Assembly: GCA_035293165.1 (NCBI GenBank)
Contig: DATDOR010000159.1
Coordinates: forward strand, 1 to 29,852
From: Anaerolineales bacterium
GTDB lineage: Bacteria; Chloroflexota; Anaerolineae; Anaerolineales; JABWBV01
Length of the DNA: 29,852 nucleotides
Direction of reading: 5' to 3'
The notes under the pieces were generated by a model. It had not been told where the DNA came from. It ran no database searches and was given only the letters and a program-made list of their open reading frames with translations. A program made the translations under genes and the position numbers. Shown here in pieces: positions 25,375 through 29,852 of this stretch (position 1 is the stretch's first letter; the number at the start of each line of letters is the position of its first letter).

Positions 25375-27999
25375 ATGACAACATACTCGAACGATGATCA
25401 AATGCCCTTTCTTGCAGAGCTCGATATGCAAGAGTGGTTCGTTACTCCTGGCAAGTCCACCTACATTCCTGTACAGTTGGCTAACCAGGGGACCGCCACA
25501 AAAATTTTACAGTTGTCAGTCAGCGGGATCCCAGCCCATTGGTTGGAAATGGTTCCCGAAAAAGTGGTTGTCTTGCCAGGCGAGCAAAAAGAGGTCGCGT
25601 TGGTTGTCCAACTGCCCGATGCCCCCATGACGAAGACAGGACGCTACCCCATTCAAGTCACGGTGATGCAAGCGGAGAACGACAGCGAAAAAGTCGTTTT
25701 AAAAGGCACTTTGACAGTAGCAGCGTATGAAGTCCAGGGCAGGATTGCCATCCTGATGGACGCTCTCCACTTTTCAGTCGCCCCCGGGGCTGCGGTTATC
25801 GTGAACATTAAATTGATCAACCAGGGTCTTGAAGAAGATACATTCCAGTTGGCAGTGGATGGCATACCGGCAGCCTGGGTTTCCACCGCAACTCCATCGC
25901 TACGATTACGTCCTGGAGAACAGAAACCTGTTTCCATCCTTATTCGGCCAGCGCGTCACTTTCAAAGTCGGGCGGGACGGCATCCGTTCAAGTTGCGGAT
26001 CGTCAGTCAACTGAACCCTTCTGAAGCTGCAGTGGTGGATTGTGTCTTAACCATTGAGGCTTACTCCGAATTTAAGAGTCAACTCATACCCGAAAAAGTG
26101 CTAATAGGGGAAAACGTTCAGATGGTCATTGAGAACTCAGGGAATATCCCTGATTCCTATTCCTTGACCTGGGCCAGCACAAACCAGGACTTGGGATTTG
26201 AATGGACGGGTGATTATCTTTCAGAAAATAACCCCCAAATAGACGAAGAAGGCGCTGTAAAAGTACGAATCCCACCTGGAGATAAGGCTGTACTCCATTT
26301 CCAGCCCAAACTTCAAACCGGGCTTAATCTGATAGGCAATCTTGTTTATCCATTTAAAGTCAATGTTGAGGCGACGAATAGCGTTGTTCAGTCCCACGCA
26401 GGGGAAGTGGTCAGCCGGGGATTGATCCCCGTATGGGTTGTTCAGGTGGGAATAATGGTGCTACTGGGCACAATGTGTTTGGCTGGTTTTTTCCTCGCTC
26501 GCGGTAACCTGATTTCTACTCAAGCCACGGAAACAGCCCTTGCGGCTATAGCCGGTTCTACCCAAACCGTCGAATTCTCCGCATCTCAAACCGCGGCTGC
26601 AACCCAAACCGCGTCCGCCAATATGACTCAAGCTGCTGAAGCTGGCCAAGAGGATTCAGATGGCGATGGATTGACTAATGATCAAGAAGCGGAATTCGGA
26701 ACCGATCCGTTGCTTGCAGATACGGATAACGATGGATTGTTCGATGGTGTTGAAATTGCCGGGATGACAAATCCATTGAATCCCGACACAGATGGGGATA
26801 CCCTGACGGATGGCGACGAGGTGCAGCGTGGTACGGATCCCCGTAGTCAGGACACGGATACAGATTCACTTTCCGATGGGCAAGAAATCCAACTTGGAAC
26901 AAATCCGCTCAACCCCGACTCGGATGCCGATGGTCTTTCGGATGGAAGTGAAACACCCCCCTGTCCTGATCCACTCAACCCGGACTCCGATAATGACGGT
27001 CTCATTGATGGGCAAGATTTTGAACCTTGCGATCCCAATAATCCATCTTTGACGGAGACAGCTATTGCTGCGAGCCCCACAGAAACGCCTGTCCCTCCTG
27101 CTGAAACCCCGACAGAAGCTCCAACCGATGTGCCTACCGAGTTACCCACTGAGCCCCTGGAACCAACTTCCACTTCTGAACCACAAATTCCTCCATTGGA
27201 TGGGGTCATGGCTTTGATCTCCACTCGGGATGGTAACCCGGAAATTTACACTTTGCACCTTGCTGATAACAGTTTGACGCGCTTAACCATTGATCCTGCG
27301 GTAGAAGCCCAACCATCCTGGTCGCCAGATGGCAGTCAGATTGCTTTCGCTACCAATCGGGATGGTAATTTTGAAGTCTATTTGATGAATGCGGATGGAA
27401 CTGGTTTGGTAAACCTGACCAATAATGGCAGTGATGATTTTGACCCGGCCTGGTCACCGGACGGAACACAAATCGCTTTCGCTTCGAATCGCGATGGGAA
27501 CAATGAGATCTACATCATGAATGTGGATGGAACCGATCCACATAATGTGACTAGCAACCCTGCGGATGATTCTCAGCCGAGCTGGTTCATTAAAGGTGGA
27601 CTACTTCCAACCGTCCGAATCGCATTCACGTCGGATCGAGACGGGAATCAAGAGATTTACTCGATGAATCCGAGTGGGGTAGATCAAAATAATCTGTCCA
27701 ATAACCCGGCAGATGATCATTCACCGGCTGGATTATCCGATCTTGGATTAATCATTTTCACCACGAATCGAGATGGGAATCAAGAAGTTTATGTCATGTC
27801 GGATGATGGCTCATCTCAATCAAATTTAACACACCAACCTGCTGAGGATTGGGCACCGACATGGGCTAATGCAGAATGGGTCGCATTTGTTAGCACTCGA
27901 GATGGAAATCAGGAGATTTATATTGTAAATGGTGATGAGCAGTATAACCTTACTGCCAACCCTGCAGACGATTACGATCCAGGCTGGTTTACGCCATAA
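25375..27999 (+). CDS. Large single-pass membrane protein: Ig-like domains, TM helix, Ca-binding (TSP3-like) repeats, PT linker, TolB-like PD40 propeller
   Basis: Three beta-rich N-terminal repeats (N.G...D.F/Y.L); TM VWVVQVGIMVLLGTMCLAGFFLA; six D.D.DGL.D..E repeats; repeated P.WSPDG.QIAF.S/TNRDGN.EIY units. Confidence 0.82.
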   Translation: MTTYSNDDQMPFLAELDMQEWFVTPGKSTYIPVQLANQGTATKILQLSVSGIPAHWLEMVPEKVVVLPGEQKEVALVVQLPDAPMTKTGRYPIQVTVMQAENDSEKVVLKGTLTVAAYEVQGRIAILMDALHFSVAPGAAVIVNIKLINQGLEEDTFQLAVDGIPAAWVSTATPSLRLRPGEQKPVSILIRPARHFQSRAGRHPFKLRIVSQLNPSEAAVVDCVLTIEAYSEFKSQLIPEKVLIGENVQMVIENSGNIPDSYSLTWASTNQDLGFEWTGDYLSENNPQIDEEGAVKVRIPPGDKAVLHFQPKLQTGLNLIGNLVYPFKVNVEATNSVVQSHAGEVVSRGLIPVWVVQVGIMVLLGTMCLAGFFLARGNLISTQATETALAAIAGSTQTVEFSASQTAAATQTASANMTQAAEAGQEDSDGDGLTNDQEAEFGTDPLLADTDNDGLFDGVEIAGMTNPLNPDTDGDTLTDGDEVQRGTDPRSQDTDTDSLSDGQEIQLGTNPLNPDSDADGLSDGSETPPCPDPLNPDSDNDGLIDGQDFEPCDPNNPSLTETAIAASPTETPVPPAETPTEAPTDVPTELPTEPLEPTSTSEPQIPPLDGVMALISTRDGNPEIYTLHLADNSLTRLTIDPAVEAQPSWSPDGSQIAFATNRDGNFEVYLMNADGTGLVNLTNNGSDDFDPAWSPDGTQIAFASNRDGNNEIYIMNVDGTDPHNVTSNPADDSQPSWFIKGGLLPTVRIAFTSDRDGNQEIYSMNPSGVDQNNLSNNPADDHSPAGLSDLGLIIFTTNRDGNQEVYVMSDDGSSQSNLTHQPAEDWAPTWANAEWVAFVSTRDGNQEIYIVNGDEQYNLTANPADDYDPGWFTP
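26653..27020 (+). repeat. Coding repeats: six Asp-rich calcium-binding motifs
   Basis: DSDGDGLTNDQE, DTDNDGLFDGVE, DTDGDTLTDGDE, DTDTDSLSDGQE, DSDADGLSDGSE, DSDNDGLIDGQD; end coordinate approximate. Confidence 0.8.
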
Positions 28000-28024
28000 A
28001 TACTTGGAGGAAGGAGAAATAAAA

Positions 28025-28132
28025 ATGAAAATCCCCCGCAAACTTGGAACTTTATTGCTTGCGATATGGCTGATCCTGATCGGATTATCGGGATTTGTGA
28101 GCCTGGGTGATCTGGCCAGGATTAAGGAGTAA
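28025..28132 (+). CDS. Very small hydrophobic protein (35 aa)
   Basis: Strong GGAGGAAGGAG RBS; MKIPRKLGTLLLAIWLILIGLSGFVSLGDLARIKE*; its 3' end contains the RBS of the next gene. Confidence 0.6.
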   Translation: MKIPRKLGTLLLAIWLILIGLSGFVSLGDLARIKE

Positions 28133-28137
28133 CTTTT

Positions 28138-29232
28138 GTGAATCAATACCTTCAGTCCAACCTGGACCTCGCCCAAATTTTAGAAAGCCACCGGGGAGAG
28201 TGCCACGTGATTGTGTTGCATGACTTCCCCGATCCGGATGCCATCGCCTGTGCCTTTGCACACCGACAGATCAGCAAAGAATTCGAGATTGAAGCGGATA
28301 TTATATACACCGGGGAGATCAGTCACCAGCAGAACCTGGCCCTGGTCAAATTACTGGATAACGAATTGTTTGTGTATGAGGAGTCGATGGACATGGGGAA
28401 ATATCAAGCGGCGATTTTTTTAGATCATCAAGGAGCAACGGTTGAGGAGGTTATTTCTGCATTGGAAAAGGCGAATGTTCCCATCCTTCTTGTTGTGGAT
28501 CATCATAAACCTTATGATCGTTTGACCCCAAAATTCAGTGAAATCATTGAAACTGGGTCAACTGCCACGATATATGCCTATTTCCTGGAAAGAGGGGTGA
28601 TAGAACTGGATAAAACGGATACGAACCTTACCTTAATGGCAACATCTCTTTTGCACGGTATCCTGACAGATACAGGTGGTTTTATTCAGGCAGATGCCCA
28701 GGATTTTCATGCGGCAGCCTTCTTAAGTCATTACCGGGATGCAGATATTCTGAACCAAATTATGAGTCAGGAACGAACCAAACATGTCCTGGATGTCATT
28801 CAAAGCGCCCTGGAAAATCGGGAAACTATCGAGAATTTCTCTGTTGCAGGGATTGGGTACGTCCGAGCAGGGGATCGTGATGTTATTCCGCAGGCTGCAG
28901 ATTTTCTCTTGACGGAAGAAAATGTCCATACGGTGGTTGTCTATGGGATAGTAAAAGATGATGAGCATGAGGAGACTTTGGTAGGGTCTTTACGGACATC
29001 CAAATTTATCCTGGATCCGGATAAATTTATTAAGGACACTTTCGGCAAAGGTGTTGATGGTATGTATTTCGGCGGGGGGCGCAAATCTGCAGGCGGGTTT
29101 GCCATCCCGGTCGGGTTTTTATCCAATGGCTCCAGTGAAGATTTCCAGAAACTAAAATGGAAAACTTATGACGCACAAATCAAGCACAAGATTTACGCGA
29201 AAATCGGTGTCAACGATGAGAATGATTTTTGA
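28138..29232 (+). CDS. DHH-family phosphoesterase (NrnA-like oligoribonuclease / pAp phosphatase superfamily)
   Basis: HDFPDPDAI, FLDH, VVDHH, GSTATI, GILTDT, C-terminal GGGRKSAGG; GTG start with AAGGAG RBS. Confidence 0.9.
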   Translation: MNQYLQSNLDLAQILESHRGECHVIVLHDFPDPDAIACAFAHRQISKEFEIEADIIYTGEISHQQNLALVKLLDNELFVYEESMDMGKYQAAIFLDHQGATVEEVISALEKANVPILLVVDHHKPYDRLTPKFSEIIETGSTATIYAYFLERGVIELDKTDTNLTLMATSLLHGILTDTGGFIQADAQDFHAAAFLSHYRDADILNQIMSQERTKHVLDVIQSALENRETIENFSVAGIGYVRAGDRDVIPQAADFLLTEENVHTVVVYGIVKDDEHEETLVGSLRTSKFILDPDKFIKDTFGKGVDGMYFGGGRKSAGGFAIPVGFLSNGSSEDFQKLKWKTYDAQIKHKIYAKIGVNDENDF

Positions 29233-29272
29233 CGATATCCGATAAAAACGGAAGAATCGAACTCTAAATAAC

Positions 29273-29318
29273 ACAGACCACAAATAGGCTCGCCAGGACA
29301 ACCTGATTTGTGGTCTGT
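29273..29318. terminator. Hairpin between convergent genes, candidate terminator
   Basis: 13-bp perfect inverted repeat acagaccacaaat / atttgtggtctgt followed by a short T run on the plus strand; the 20-nt loop is long for a classic terminator. Confidence 0.5.
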
Positions 29319-29371
29319 TTTGTTACATCTTCTGATAAAAATGTATGATGGTTCCTTTGTTATTTTCCCGT

Positions 29372-29530
29372 TTAGTTGCCCAAACAACGGCTTAAGACAG
29401 CGCCAAAGATCATGATCAGGAGGATGAAACCTAGAAACCTTCTTCGCCGGAATCTTCTAAGTCGGTTAGGCCATAACGGTGAGGCACCTAATAACAACAA
29501 TGCTAAAACGATGAGTAATATGATGCCCAT
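29372..29530 (-). CDS. Small two-helix membrane protein, DUF3309-like (52 aa)
   Basis: AAGGAG RBS; MGIILLIVLALLLLGASPLWPN resembles the DUF3309 start (ILLI.L.LLL.GA.P.WP), followed by an Arg-rich loop and a second helix. Confidence 0.65.
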   Translation of the reverse strand: MGIILLIVLALLLLGASPLWPNRLRRFRRRRFLGFILLIMIFGAVLSRCLGN

Positions 29531-29632
29531 AAAAATTCTCCTTTTTTCCCTGGGGGTCAACATTCCAAGGGGTCCAGTTATAGTGGCGGTGCAAGGCAAT
29601 TTCCTTCTCGCGGGAACTGGTGCTACTTCTAA

Positions 29633-29698
29633 AGTATATCAGCTTACTTTTGCTTCGTCCTTAAGAAGTCCCGCGTTTTTCTTTAAGATGACCTTAAA
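29633..29698 (-). promoter_or_regulatory. Regulated promoter P3: phased CTTAAG boxes plus -10
   Basis: On the minus strand TTTAAG (29698-29693), CTTAAA (29687-29682), CTTAAG (29665-29660), 21-nt spacer, TATACT (29638-29633). Confidence 0.75.
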
Positions 29699-29719
29699 CC
29701 TCCATTTAATAGAAAAAAT

Positions 29720-29831
29720 GTAACTACTCAGCCGGCGAGGGGATTAGCCCGAAAAAAAGGTATGCGTGGGGGTGTAGACCCCACGCATACCTTTTTTTCG
29801 GGAAACCTTCTCTCTTAGCCTGAGCAGTTAC
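29720..29831. repeat. Complete 112-bp composite element: 56-bp GTAACTRCTCAG element with a 56-bp hairpin insert
   Basis: GTAACTACTCAG...CTGAGCAGTTAC ends; flanks align with the reverse complement of 11405-11460; 24-bp perfect stem 29748-29771 / 29779-29802 with a 7-nt loop. Confidence 0.85.
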
Positions 29832-29852
29832 GAACAAATGATGATATATCCC

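Noticed and set aside
29391-29396. Isolated CTTAAG
   Set aside because: Inside a coding region, with no phased partner boxes or -10 at the conserved distance.
29376-29723. 115-aa plus-strand ORF
   Set aside because: Antisense to the DUF3309-like gene and spans promoter P3; no RBS or motif.
29828-29852. Possible 3' end of a minus-strand gene (GYIIICS*) stopping in the repeat end
   Set aside because: Only seven codons are visible at the window edge; cannot be supported.
1-29852. tRNA, rRNA, integrase or transposase genes
   Set aside because: No cloverleaf, rRNA-like stretch, or DDE, HUH or tyrosine-recombinase motifs were recognised by eye.

Overview
Bacterial chromosomal window, probably Chloroflexota/Anaerolineae (inferred from protein families, Pro/Thr-linked lipoproteins and a sAC-like cyclase). 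No rRNA, tRNA, CRISPR array or transposase was seen. Left part (1-18.3 kb): tandem-domain PQQ/sGDH-family protein (5' end outside the window), S10 carboxypeptidase, short SPFH protein, pepF, an ABM-GNAT fusion, DUF2085/DUF4126 membrane proteins, a TolB-like lipoprotein, a stand-alone DnaJ-type zinc finger, a cyclase-STAND-TPR protein, an ABC ATPase, and three broken genes. At least four families of short non-autonomous repeats occur, including a 50-bp MITE with 8-bp target-site duplications; repeat remnants sit at two of the three gene breakpoints and one repeat lies in frame inside a gene. Right part (18.4-29.7 kb): a candidate self-contained signalling module made of a soluble histidine kinase with a degenerate RsbT-like N-terminus, an OmpR-type regulator, a His-less pseudo-kinase, a PP2C phosphatase, a DHH phosphoesterase, an SLC13 permease, a large Ig/Ca-repeat/TolB-propeller membrane protein and several tiny membrane proteins. 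The strongest observation is that three promoters in this module share one exact layout (11-bp-phased CTTAAG-like half-sites, box-box-gap-box, then 21 nt, then a -10 hexamer), which suggests a regulon. All calls come from reading motifs by eye; no database searches were run.
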